Of a stretch of DNA of 64,000 nt, positions 13,299 through 25,421 are shown piece by piece (position 1 is the first letter of the stretch; every line of letters begins with the position of its first letter). The position numbers were made by a program, and so were the translations under genes. Origin of the DNA: Phoronis australis (taxonomy: Eukaryota; Animalia; Phoronida). The notes below the pieces were generated by a model. The model saw only the letters and a program-made list of their open reading frames with translations. It ran no database searches and was not told the DNA's origin. Location: contig NMRA01000125.1 in assembly GCA_002633005.1 (NCBI GenBank), positions 777,566 through 841,565 on the forward strand, written 5' to 3'.

Positions 13299-14721
13299 CG
13301 AGGAGTGCAGTACAAGAGAGTTCACTTGTGAGTTCGCTGTTATCGCTACTACTAGCTCCGCCAAGTGGTGAATAAGCAACGGTCTTGTCTGAAGCGCAAG
13401 AACAATGGGGAAGGGTGCATTTTGCAGTGCAATTAATTGCAATAATTCATCCAAGAAAACCCCAGACGTGTCATTATTTACTTTTCCTAAGTACCCAGAA
13501 AATAAGGATTAGTTGTTATTTAAAAATATGATACACTGTCTTTCATTTGTTGTGTTCTGTTCACGCTGTCGTCTGCAGTGTAGGCCACTGCACAGGCTAC
13601 GCTCTGCCTTCTGCGGATACTTTGTTATCTCATGTGTGTGAGGGAGCATCAGAATGGAATACAGTGCTGTGGTAGTGACGAATTGTCCTGCTTTTTTCTT
13701 CTTACTTGTGTTACACCTACTGCACTGGTAGCAGCCTGGTGTATTCAATAGGGAACACATTCAAAATTGTTGGTTGGACATGAAACGAGCAGTGAGCTGG
13801 GCGCACTTTGTAATGAAAAGTTGCAAAACACTCAGGAGGCTACTGAGAAATGATGGCCACCAGTCATTACAAGCAAAAGTCATTGCGGTCATGCACAAGA
13901 CGAGGCGGCCAAATCTTATCACCACCTGAGCACATGTTGTCAATGGTCAGGGAAACAAACCAAAATTTGTGACGATGAGAGGGGCTCAACACTCATGCCG
14001 CATACCCCAATCAGGTTTTTACCTGTTTAGCATGTACCCCATGGGAGGAGGTCAACAGGTGACCATTTGGCTCCCACCTGTTTGCCTTCCTCCCTTGTAC
14101 CCATTTAATAGCTACAACCTTCATGGGGGCAACTACCCCTGAACCAGTGGCAGATTTAAAGGGGGAAAGGGCTCCCATGTCCCCCTCCCCCTAATATTCT
14201 TCCAGATTCCATTTGGTAGTTCGGAGGTGCAAATGTTTGACGGGTAACATTCTGGTTAATAGCTGCCCTTCCCCCAAACTCGAAATCCTGGATCCGCCAC
14301 TGTGAACCCCCAGGAGCAATCACTAAAGTTATGTAGTCCATGGAGGTATGACATGTTATGAGGAAAGGTATTTTGCCTTATTAAGAACTCAAACATGAAA
14401 CAAAACCATGGTGGTGGCTTTTGAAGGAAACTTCAAGAGAATGAAAGCAAAATACACTTTTAATATTAATTAAACGCACATTTTCATTCTCAATCTATTA
14501 TAAGTGGATGTTAGTTGACGTGTTTTACTCAATTTCAATCACACAGTAATTTTATTGCACGTGGAACGTCATTAAAGTATGATTTTATCAGTGTTTACAT
14601 GGTTCGGATTGCGCCGCTAAATTAGTGTTGTTTATTCTCCGCTTGGTGCGCTAGTTTTTCGACCGATGCAGCGAATTGCAAGATGGCGGAGTGAACTCTA
14701 CTATTCTATGTACACTCCTTG
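13299..14721 (+). mobile_element. Internally deleted P-superfamily-like DNA transposon with a THAP-domain remnant
   Basis: Imperfect TIRs of about 85 bp: C(G)AGGAGTG...gagttcac...ccaagtggtgaataagcaac versus the reverse complement at 14627-14721, ending CACTCCTTG. A 7-bp TSD ATAGTAG lies at 13292-13298 and 14722-14728. THAP N-terminus MGKGAFCSAINCNNSSKKTPDVSLFTFPKYPENK at 13405-13506. CA..TG ends, a 7-8 bp TSD and a THAP domain are P-element hallmarks. Confidence 0.75.
14145..14302 (+). mobile_element. hAT5-like MITE (5-bp TSD TGAAC), nested in the P-like element
   Basis: TIRs CAGTGGCAGAT / ATCCGCCACTG, with TGAAC directly on both sides. Homologous to copies at 18766, 45285 and 62237. Confidence 0.8.
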
Positions 14722-15700
14722 ATAGTAGTAACAGAAGCAGTAACTGTGACGGTAGCAGGGGATACTGTCATAACTCTCTTTATTCCGAAAAGGAACAAGA
14801 ACATACAACGGAATATAACTTTTTCTGATGAAGGACCCTATCAAAATTGATTGGTCTGTACATGTACATGTAAGTTAGAATGTTGAACTGTGGAGGAGAA
14901 TTCATGAATTATGCAAAATGATTCATGAACTGGGGATATAATTCACAGTTTCCGTTCAATAAGCGAAGATTTGTTTGCCTCAAGTGCATGGCCAATGCCT
15001 TGAGTGTATGGAGCGCATCCCTGATAAAATCCGGTTATCCATAGCGACATTTTCAAAAGAAATAAGCCACACTGCACGCCACTGAACTGATAATGACAAC
15101 TTTGAAGCTGCATGTAAACTCACTTGTCTTTGAAGTCGCCGTAGCCTAACCTGTATCCCGTGACGTGCATCACGTGTTGTCTCGGTAGGATTAGTTTCTA
15201 GTGCAGAATATTCGCTGTGGATATCACGAACATGGGCACGGCTTGAAACTTACCAATTAACATTTAAACCACAGGAGGTGTCACGAGCTTAAGCTTAGTA
15301 ATTACCTTGGTCTTTGGGTGTTGCTAAAAGGTAATTTCCGATCATGCGCATTAAATTATCTAGTGTTAGTTCCAAGTTATACGACCGATTAGTTAAAATG
15401 CAGTGCGATAATTTCCGTTGTGAGGTGATGCTAATCGGATAGCCGGCAAAATGGTGAATGTTGACCAAGACCCTTTTTCCCTTTGACGTCACACGCATGC
15501 TGGCGCCCCCAGTGGAGGTCATGAGAATTCACAAACCGAGTTAACCACGGATTTAGCCTATTATGGACGTTACTGTAGTAGCATTAGACGAGTCACAGAT
15601 AGATTTGTATTGTGACTTTCGTCAATCCTCAAAAGTTCAGAATTAAGAATGTATTTGGGATATGTTATATAGTGAATTCTGAGGTTGCGGCATGATATAA

Positions 15701-16542
15701 GGATTGTTCTGAAACCCCATCGACCCCCATACCCCGCGACGCCCTCGACCCAGGACCCCCTCTACCCACAACCCCATCGATCCACGACCCACGACCCTCA
15801 ACCAATGACCCACAACCCACTCGACCCAGTCTACACAAGCTCGACTCGATCTGAACAAAGAACAAGCGCTGACTTGCAGGACCAATGAGTTGGGCTGTGA
15901 GCTAGGCTAGCATTTCCTCTTTGTTTTTTTTTGCAATTAAGGCAGTTGATTCAACAAGTTTGAAAGCCAAATTGACCAAATCAAATCAAAGACCTACCAA
16001 CCTTACAAATGTCGCTCAAAGCAAAGTGTAATCGTCTCGTCTGCTCTTCAGTGAATTGCAGAGTGCGAGGAACCGACAAAACTGTAATTTCACCAGTAAT
16101 CACAGTTTGAAAAAACAAACTGTTAACTAAAACGATTTCAACGTTATATGGAGTATATTGATAACGAGTATATAATATCAAAAAATAATAAAATTATGAA
16201 ATTATGTACATTAACGTTAACGTATTCTCTCCCTAAGTTTATTAGAATTGGGCCATTGATAGCCGCTCGTGGAACTATTTGCGTGACAACGATAGCGCTT
16301 TAAAAAAACACCGGGGTTCTCACGTACGCCACTTTCTGTTTTTACTCACCGGACTTCAGCCAGAGCAGATTCGCGTGAAGGTGTGTCTTATGGGAAAATC
16401 ACCCAGCGACGTAATAAGATTATGAAATATGTAAAAAGCTTACAGATACCTCTATTGCCACAGGTCTTGGGTGGAAGGGGTCGTGGGTCGAGGGGGTCGT
16501 GGGTCGAGGGGGTCGTGGGTTGAGGGGGTTTCGGAACAATTC
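15701..16542. mobile_element. Foldback-type element with TIRs and subterminal tandem repeats
   Basis: Ends GGATTGTTCTGAAACCCC and GGGGTTTCGGAACAATTC are inverted. Inside each end are degenerate GACCCACGACCCCCTC / GAGGGGGTCGTGGGTC tandem units in opposite orientation. No convincing TSD. Confidence 0.7.
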
Positions 16543-17157
16543 GATAAATAATTTGCTCAGCTGAGTGTCTGAAGTCCTGCGTCCGCTGTAATGCGAATAG
16601 CCCCATCAGAAGTATGCAGAGGTTGTGTCGTTATGTCTACCACAACGTTATGTTTTTGTTCAAAATCGACTCTCATTTGCCAAAGATTCGCCAACATGTC
16701 CATAAATAGTTCCGTTGAAGAACAGCACATCTGTGGCTTGGCAAACAAATGGTGTCATCACCCTGAGTCGAGTTACTGGTATCCTAATTGACCTACCCTT
16801 GTAGAGCCTGCAATATTCTAATTATTATCCATTTCAATACAAAATGTTTTTCGTAGAAAATGTTTCATGAATTATGAATCCCCAGATGTTAATATTTTCC
16901 CAAAACCCGGATACAGCACTTTTTAGGCACGTTTTTCTTGCCTGTTTTTTATTTGACAAAACTGTTTTGATTAATTGGTGCGAAAAAGTTCAGTACTTGA
17001 TATAGTAAATAGTATTCTGCGGTTCACTGGCATAGCCAGAACTATTGACAAAAATTGCTCGAAAACTTCCCGTAGTGTTTCACGTCAAAAAGACACCGGC
17101 CCCACGTCATAGCCGGCAACGTTCCACAACTCCTAACTGGTGACTGATAACCATTAA

Positions 17158-18485
17158 AGGCGAAGGCAATCTTTGTTCATGTCATTTTTAGCAAAAATAA
17201 GGTTCGTTGGTTATTCTAGACATATTTTTCACTTATTAACTGCTTTTCGTAATTTAATTAATTACTCGTGGCCTACTCCGGAAGTGACGTTTTGGGAGGC
17301 AAGAATTTCGCGCCAATTTCTGTTCATATAGTCTGACTGTGAGAGCAGTCGAGTCAGTCGTTGTTCTACCTCGGTTGTGATAAGTTCGGTCGTCGTTTGC
17401 TTTTACTTACGAGTCAGTCAACATGCCACGCTGTTGCTGCGTACTTGGGTGTACTCATTATCGTCTCACGTACAGAGGAAGAACTGTCCCACTTGCCCGA
17501 GTGTCCCACGACACACTCCCAGTGGAGAGTGATCTGAGCACCCAAACTGCTTGACATCCCGCTGTGTGACTCCCTCGCTACACACCTGGCACCTTCTAAA
17601 TAGCTCCAATACAAGTCCACAATAAACTTATCAAACTTAGGCTCACCGATCTGTTAATTGGAGGATGACGAACTGTCCTCTTGACTGGGTGTCGAACTGA
17701 GCCTGTATTCACTCCCACTACTCAACATCGCTGCAGGGCTGCTTACAGGCTCTGGGCTAGAGACAACAGCACAGGGCGAATCACTGCTAGTTCCCATAAT
17801 TGCACACAATGTGGTACTTTCCGAGGCACGGGTGACAGTAGATGAAGTGCCTCCAGTCACTGTATATAGTGGCCACAAGGCTTCTCGCTTCAAAAACGCA
17901 CTTCTCGGGGTTGGCGACGAGACACTGCGGGGAATCAACAACGACGGTAGGGTACCCTTCCTCAGGCGTTGTTTCGCAGGGACCTTCATTAATTCAGCGT
18001 ACATATCTGTCATAATCTGACGGCAGAAAATTCCTGCCATGCACTCGGTAACCCTCCATTGCTTTGTACATTACGTGGACGGGTAGCGCTGCGTTCTTCA
18101 CATGAACGAGCTAGCCAAGTACGGCGAAGTGTGTCGTCCTTCGGAAAGCGACGCAAGGTACCCAAAGCGCGTGTGAGACGATAATGAGTATATCCCGGCA
18201 CACAGCAACAGCGTGGTTTGTTGACTGACTTGTAAACAAAGGCAAACAACTACCGAACTTATCACAACCGAGGTAGAACAATGACTGACTCGACAGTTCT
18301 CACAGTCAGACTATACTGAAAAGAAATTGGCGCGAAACTCTTGCCTCCCAAAACGTCACTTCCGGAGTAGAGGACGAGAAATTAATCAAATTACGAAAAG
18401 CTGTAATTAAGTGAAAAATGTGTCTGGGATAATCAACGAGCCTTATATTTGCTAAAAGTGACATGAAAAAACGTTGCCTTCGCCT
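17158..18485 (-). mobile_element. Kolobok-like DNA transposon derivative with about 310-bp TIRs and a degenerate THAP transposase N-terminus
   Basis: Left end TTAA|AGGCGAAGGCAA; right end TTGCCTTCGCCT (the right TTAA is degenerate). TIRs span 17158-17469 and 18172-18485. The minus strand encodes a frameshifted THAP domain (PRCCCVPG..LRRFPKDDTLRRTW..RLRKGTLPSL), a Ser-rich linker and KFIV..C..G....HWECVVGHSGKWDSS. No DDE domain is present. Confidence 0.72.
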
Positions 18486-18765
18486 AATGTGACATTTACA
18501 GTTATCTACATGTACATGAAGTTGATATTATTGATCATTCATTTTTTCGGACATTATGTTTCTACAAAAAACAATGACTCAACGTCCTACAATACAAATC
18601 TGTTCGCCTGTCAGGCTCCGTTGCCACTGGTCCATGAATTTTGTTCGTCGACCTCCACTATAGGGGCGCCAGCGTGCGTGTGACGTTAGAGGTACAAAAG
18701 GTGTTGGTCAACATTCACCATTCATAGGATAGCCATGAATGTACCACGTTTCATATATGCCATCC

Positions 18766-19064
18766 ATTTAAGGGGAGGGGGCAGGGGGCCATGCCCTCCC
18801 TAAAATTCTCCCAGTCCCTGATACCATTTGGCAGTTCGGGGTGTGAATTGCTGACTAGCACAGGCGCGCACCCAGGAGGGCTCTGGGGGGTGGGGGGGCG
18901 AATGCACAATGCATAGGCTTTGAACAAATCCCGGTCACCGTTTTTTAAGAATATGGTCTACAAACCTTACAATTCGAGACTCCTACATCTCTACATTCTA
19001 GGCTGGGCGAAATTCTGGCTATTCTTGTGCCCTGCCCCCCACTCAAAATCCTGGGTTCCCCCTG
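18766..19064 (+). mobile_element. hAT5-like MITE, composite copy with eroded left end
   Basis: Aligns with 45285-45665 (ccatttggcagttcgg..gtgtgaattgctgactagca..ctcaaaatcctgg). Carries an internal CAGGCGCGCACCCAG..CTGGGCG insert at 18861-19009. Confidence 0.7.
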
Positions 19065-19567
19065 ATTTACAAAATGCCGCAATTTTGTCGTGCCCGGCCA
19101 GTTACATGTACATGTTAAGAAATTAGATTGTTACAAATTCGTTCATGCCTATGTCTAGCAGTGCGAGCATACTTTACTACAGAGAGGCGCGGGAAATCTT
19201 AGGTTTGACTGGTCTCGTGCCGAATTGAGCATTAAAAATATGAAATAGTATTAGGCTAGACGGGCTCGGTTCGAAGTTGACTTAGGGTTTCTCATGGAGA
19301 GCTGATATTCGTCAAATCGAACGCAAGTTTTTGCTCGGTAGGCCCGATGACCGGCTTCAAATTGACAGACTTATAATTAATTCTAATATCATACGTTCAG
19401 TAGATTGGTTGGCATTCTAACTCCAACACGTTTCGCAACGTGTCTAAAGTCACAGTGCGTCCAAATTACTCCTCAGTTTCGTACAAACGTTTGTTTTTAT
19501 GACTGATATTGAAAGCAATGCATTGCTTATCTACAGCATATCCTCTATTTTCTTAGGCATGTACATG

Positions 19568-20256
19568 TAGGGTGGCCCAAAATGTTAGTAAATTTTTCCT
19601 AAGACAATAGTACCTGGTTATCGTTTAACTGGAAACAAATGGGAACCCTGCCACTTAGTTTCATATGGCGTCGAGAAGTTGCAAAGGTTTCACAAAGCTA
19701 ATACAACCAGCTATGCTGCTCCAACTCCATTTTATATGTTTTCTGCAGTGGAAATTACATGTATGTTCCATTTGAAAATATGATGAAGTGATTGGTTGAG
19801 AGGTGCTCGCCAAGGCTATGCTAGAATTAAATTAGTACCTAGTTGAGACTAGACAGTCACAATAATTGTTTTAGGTTTTTAATTTCATACTGAAGTCCGC
19901 TGGGTAACGACCACAATATGACCGTCAGCGTATACTACCCTGGTGTTGGTTCTTAGTAAATACTCAGCGCTGATGCGACACCTATCAGGCCGGTCAGTTC
20001 ACGGGTCTTTTCCAACCAAGTCAATACAGTCAGGAATTCGGCTGTATTTTCCGCTTGCACGAAGCCAACTGCGCGTTGAAGGCTGGAGAATGAGGTTACA
20101 AGAAAGCCAACGTTGTAGAAGACATTTCCTGACAATGAAGGACAAATGAAACATTTTCTTGAAATTCATTGCCTTGTTAACGAAACAGAGACGCAAAAAA
20201 GTACAACCATGTTCTCATGGTATTGGGAGTATTTTCTTAACATTTGGGATACCCTG
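19568..20256 (-). mobile_element. Degenerate Tc1/mariner-like element
   Basis: Imperfect TIRs TAGGGTGGCCCAAAATGTTAG and TTAACATTTGGGATACCCTG followed by TA. The minus-strand peptide FSSLQRAVGFVQAENTAEFLTVLTWLEK weakly resembles a mariner transposase C-terminus. Confidence 0.55.
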
Positions 20257-20315
20257 TAAACGAACTAGAAAACAAATGTTTGGAGTGTATTTAGTCATCA
20301 CAAAGGCCAAATAGA

Positions 20316-21047
20316 TAGTTTTCTCACATCACCTGGAATGTGTTGATAACACCGAGTACGTAATGTTTTGACATTACATGAGCGAATCCCAAAGTAGTGC
20401 AAAGTAGAATCCGCACACCTTACATCTTATCGTCTGCAAAACACTAAAACAGCCAAACGCGCGGAAACGAAACAATGCCGGAATTCCGAGAAGGTGACAA
20501 GGTTACGATTGACTAATAGGGCGTACTCCCAGTCCATATCCACGTTCATTCAAACGGAGACGAGCCCCAACTCAAGAAACGTGGCGAGACTGTCTAGCTG
20601 TGCTGTCTCAAGGTCAATTCAGGGCTCACGCGCGGGGAAGCCTTGTTGACTGTTATTTATAAGCATCTTTTAAGTTTTAAAAATATTACAAGTTCAAAAA
20701 CTATTTATTAGATTCTAACTTCAACATTTGCTGCGAAAGCTAAATGCAATTTTCAATTGTTAAGCTTAAAATAAAACTGTTAACAAAATGTTACAGAATT
20801 ACTTTACATTGCGCAAGCGTGTTTTTACAGAACTTGCGTCATGTGGTTGAAAGTTTTAGACACTTCGAGTTTTTCGACAAAAAGATCGCTTTTACGGTTC
20901 ATGTGGGAAAACAAATCCTACACTCGTCCCAGATTTATGACATGGGCAAAACCTCTTGGAAATTTCGGCAAGCCTCGGGGTTTTGATGAAATTTCCAAGA
21001 GCTTTTGCCAATGTCATAAACCTGAGACTCGTGTAGGATTCTCTATT
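20316..21047 (-). mobile_element. Non-autonomous interspersed repeat with a terminal hairpin (Crypton-like), copy 2
   Basis: Reverse complement of 12274-12870. A long imperfect hairpin at 20914-21040 (arms about 50 bp) is centred on ggcaagcctcgggg. Confidence 0.7.
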
Positions 21048-23931
21048 GTTTTTTTATTAGCTTAAGATTCGTCATGGTTTTCAGTTTAGATTGCCTGGCC
21101 GACTCTAAGGATGTCTAATAGATAAATTGATCAACCGAGCCTTGGACGCGACGAAAAATTAACAATCGTTTTCTAAAGACGAAACGAAAAACAGTCGTGT
21201 ATGGACAGATTAATTGGAATTGTCACTGTTACAGGAATTTTTCTATAGCATATTCAAGTTCGTAGAAAGATTACCAATGACAATTAAACAAGAACCATTA
21301 CAATTTGTTGACATTGGAAATGGGACACCCAATCACAAAACAATTGGTAATCGGATCTTGTATTAGGATTATCACGTGGATTTGACGCGCACTATCGCAA
21401 TCCGACATAGCACCCATTGCTGTGGAGACCGGGTATTTCCAGAGAATGTGAATGCCATGTCTCCATTTCTTTGTCCATGCATTGGTTGTCTCTAATTCCC
21501 ATTAATTTCCAAAAAGGACAATGGTTATCGATGTTATTTTGATATTATTGTTCTATGAGCTTTGTTTGAAAATCATTGGTATAGCGACTCTGAATATGTT
21601 CAACAATATTAATGATAGGTCTTTTAAAGCTTTGAATACATTTTTATCGCAGATGACAATTCTTTTGCAAATAAATGTCTTCATTTTCTGGGTTAATACT
21701 TAAACGTTCCAAACTCTGTCAAGTCACAGCCGCCAGCACTTTGCGATTCCATTTCTTTATTCTCGCGTTTCGTTCTTCTTAGACGGCGAACATTTTTTAC
21801 AAAAGCATCCCCATTCTCATGAACTCTAGTGGTCATTTAAACTCAAATTAAAACACTTTCAAGAGGTATGAGCAAACACGTTGTATCTAGTCGAAAATAA
21901 CGTCTGGCTACAGATGTAGTTCGTGAGGAAAGAAATTTGCTTGCGAGATAACGCTTGTGACAGTGGTAAAAACAGTTCTTAATAACGAATCTTCAACGTA
22001 TTTGTAAGACACGAAGATTTTTAAGGAGAAAAAAGGCCATAATAATAAAAATACACGTGCGTTTCGTGAAAAAAGCTTCCCTGCTTGTGTCTTTGCTTGC
22101 CCCCTACGCGACTGGGCTTTAGATACCGTTGCCAGTATGCTTGTAATCATTCGGTTAATACTATTATTCCATTGTTAATCTCATCGGCTCTCCCCACACG
22201 CCTCGAGCGTGCATAAATCACCTTATCGTGTTGGTTGCACGAGCAGCAGAAATCCTAGCTCAGGTGTACCTGAGTCATTGGCATGGTTAGTAAATCCGAA
22301 GTTCAAGTTGGCCGGTATTCCTTTGTTTAACACCTGTTTTTTGCCATTATGTCATTCGCTGTTCATCTACATGTAATTTATATTGTCCGATGCACATATA
22401 TTAATACATGTATGTGAACTCATTGTGCTGAAGAGAGTTGTTTTACAAATTAACACCAAATAGCAATTTAAATGTGAAAGTTGCATTAGTTATAGGCAAA
22501 GGGTGTCCTATTGTTTTCTTTTTTGAATTTTTTCCGACATGTCGGAATGCTGAAGTGCAAGTAACTTGTCTTACGGTCCAAACAATGTCCACAGAGCACC
22601 GGAAACACATAAGCTGTAGGAATTCCAAGCAGGAGTAAACAAGCCATTCCTTGAAAAAATAAAGATACTTTTTCGGCTTCAAATTAAAAACTTAATGTAA
22701 AATAAGGCTGATCAGCTTATGGTAGCAACCATTTTCCATAATGGTGTGTTTCAACAATACGTCGTGTTGAAACCACTACTGTACTACCACGTCATGGCGT
22801 CATTCTGAACAAGCAAAAATTCTGTCTTCAACACATTTTAAAAGAATTTACCACATACGTTTAAGTTCATTTTCTAATTGTGGGGTGTGCAGCGATAAAA
22901 TGGCTGCTGCAGGTGAAGAAGGCTTTACACAGTAAACAGCTAAGGTAATCAAACAAGTAGCTGTCGACGGATAGAGTATGTTGAGGTCCGTGTTTCGGAC
23001 TCGGCAAAGCAGTGATTGTGGTTAGAGATGAGACAAATGAAAAGAAACCGTTATTTCATTTGTATTTATTTGTGTCATGCTAAGATTCACTGTGCAATTT
23101 GCATGTTGTATTCTGCGGAGTGTTAATATTGTAACCCTACTTATTCCTAACATTAACTGTAATTTGTTGTTTAAGGCGTCAAATTTTTTTGGATAATTTT
23201 ATTATCGAGCTATGTATATCATATGTCAGTCAATTAGCAAATGCTTAGTGTGTGAAGTGAGTAATAGTTATTATCTTCTAATTTATTTTTATTGTATATA
23301 CATGTATGTTCTGTTAACTCTGTTGAAGATCGTTTCCAGTGAAAAGGCGCTTGCCTTGTCTTAGATCTCTTGCTCTGACAACGTTTGTTTAGTGTTGCTT
23401 TGTCGGCAAATCGTGTATAAGCAATAAATGTAACTAATTCGTTCCTCTTTTTATGCCAATAAGGGTTTAGGCTAGGCTCGGGATTTGGGCTGAACATTTG
23501 GGTTTGATTTTAGTTTTTCCTCCAACTGGAGTGTCGATGTACATGTAGCTCCTAAGTTAATTTGTGAAATGAGCTACAGTGTAGATGCCTGGCATTTACA
23601 TTTTCAGTCGAGCAAGCTTGATCAAACCAGATAGGCGCGTTACACGATAAATGAACAGTTGGTCGTTGTTATTTCTTTGTTAAAATGCATTCTTCAACTC
23701 GCCTGTCATTACTCCTTATAATCTATAACAATTTCATAATTGACACCCTGCCCTGGAGAACGTCTCTTGAGGGGGCTTCCTATTGACAAATATTTTATAT
23801 TTAGGCGTTTGTGTATGATGCCCAAGTGTTTTTACAATAAAGTATCAACTTATTTATGTCGTAACCTCGTACGTCTTTGAAATAGCCACCAAAGCAGGAC
23901 AAGATTTTCTACCTCAAACAATTTGGTTTAG

Positions 23932-24326
23932 CCTAAACACAGAACTTCGTTTTATTCTGAGTCCGTCTTTATTCAGACCATTCAACAGTGGAACAGTTTG
24001 CCAAATAGTCTAAAGGAGGCTGACTGTTATGATAATTTCAGACACCAACTCATTAGTTACCTGTGTTCGTCATAGCTGTCCCTCCTTTTTGCCACGCCCA
24101 TGTATATACCATAAAAAAGTTTTTTGTTTATTTATTTATTTTTAATTCAGTCTGTAAATCCAATTTGTAAATACTGTTTAATTTAATCTGTTTATCTATC
24201 TTAATTTATTTAATTTAAATTTTGTTGCACAGGACCATGCTGGATATTAGCCTTTGGCTAAAACATCTTTTATATCTATTGTATTTTATCCTCTATAAAT
24301 AAAGTTTATAATTGTTATTATTATTA
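23932..24326 (+). mobile_element. 5'-truncated LINE (CR1/L2 group) 3' end
   Basis: 23932-24075 translates PKHRTSFYSESVFIQTIQQWNSLPNSLKEADCYDNFRHQLISYLCSS*, which includes the WNxLP C-terminal signature of CR1/L2-group ORF2. It is followed by an AT-rich 3' UTR, an aggacc..tagcctttggcta..tatcct stem region, AATAAA and a (TTA)n tail. Confidence 0.8.
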
Positions 24327-25421
24327 ATTTCGCGATGTAAACACATAAAAACAATGAAGGTGCTTGAAGTTGTACATTTATAACCTCAAAGTTTACATGG
24401 GCGCGTCGTATATAGTGAATTTCAAAGTAAGATGAAATAGAAATCTAGTGAGCTCGCTTCCGAGCATAGTGTAACCGTGGAATACGAGAAGTATGGACTC
24501 GTCTTATTCTTCGTATTCATGGTTCGTTTTGTTGTGCTAACGGCTTGTCCCAAGGCAATGACCATTTTATCGATTAGTGTTCAACACATACTTCCTGTTA
24601 GCAACAGCATGTGCATGCATTCGTGTCAAATTCGTATTGGCTATCAACAGCACGTGCATGCAGTTTTTGTCAAATTCTTATTGGCTATATATGAATTGGG
24701 TTACGTTTGACCTATCACCAGTTCCCATTGCACTCTCACATATAAAGCGCTGAAGAAAGTTTGCCACTATTGCTCAGTTCAACTTTTTCAGAAAAATAGT
24801 GCTACCGTGACCCTGAGCTTGCAATATACATACACTGTATGTCTCAATAGGTAAAGTTGGTTATTTAACTAAGAGTTAAATGAGGTAAATATTGCTGTAT
24901 GTCTATATGTAATTAACGCCAGGGTCGTTTAGGGTTAAACTGCTGGTAACTGCGAGGAACTTAGTTTTTCGGAAAAAGAGATGAGATTAAATATACTCCA
25001 ACTCATTGAGCTGAGTAAGTGCGTAATGGGACTGTGAACGTTTTTATTTTTCATTCACGTGCATTTATGATATAAAAATATAACAAATTATACATAATGT
25101 TAAGCAAACATAGCCGTTGTTCTGTTTACCGAGTCCAATAAGCGTTTATATGTGCACTAAATACACCATCTCCACCTACGTTTCGGTAGACTTAACAGTC
25201 AGACATCTTCAGGGAAAATTATTAATCACAGGTGAAGTATGATCCAGTCAAAAAATAGAATGGGTTGCAACTACAGAAAAAGCATATGGTTACAACACGT
25301 GCAGGGGTTTGGTGGGTCCAGTGCGATTGGACCGTGGACGTCGTGGCGTTTTCCTTAACTAAGATTGTCACCAGAGATATGTCTGCATCGTGATCACTCT
25401 AGCTCGTATACTGAAAACGGT

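Larger units (their letters stand above)
15450..18722. mobile_element. Non-autonomous TIR element (about 80-bp TIRs) hosting two nested insertions
   Basis: aatggtgaatgttgaccaagaccctttttccctttgacgtcacacgcatgctggcgcccccagtggaggtc (15450-15520) is the reverse complement of 18650-18722 with few mismatches. TSD not resolved. Confidence 0.65.

Noticed and set aside
15715-15830. Short regularly spaced repeats, considered as a possible CRISPR-like array
   Set aside because: No unique spacers, eukaryotic context, and they are mirrored at 16478-16530 as subterminal repeats of a foldback element.
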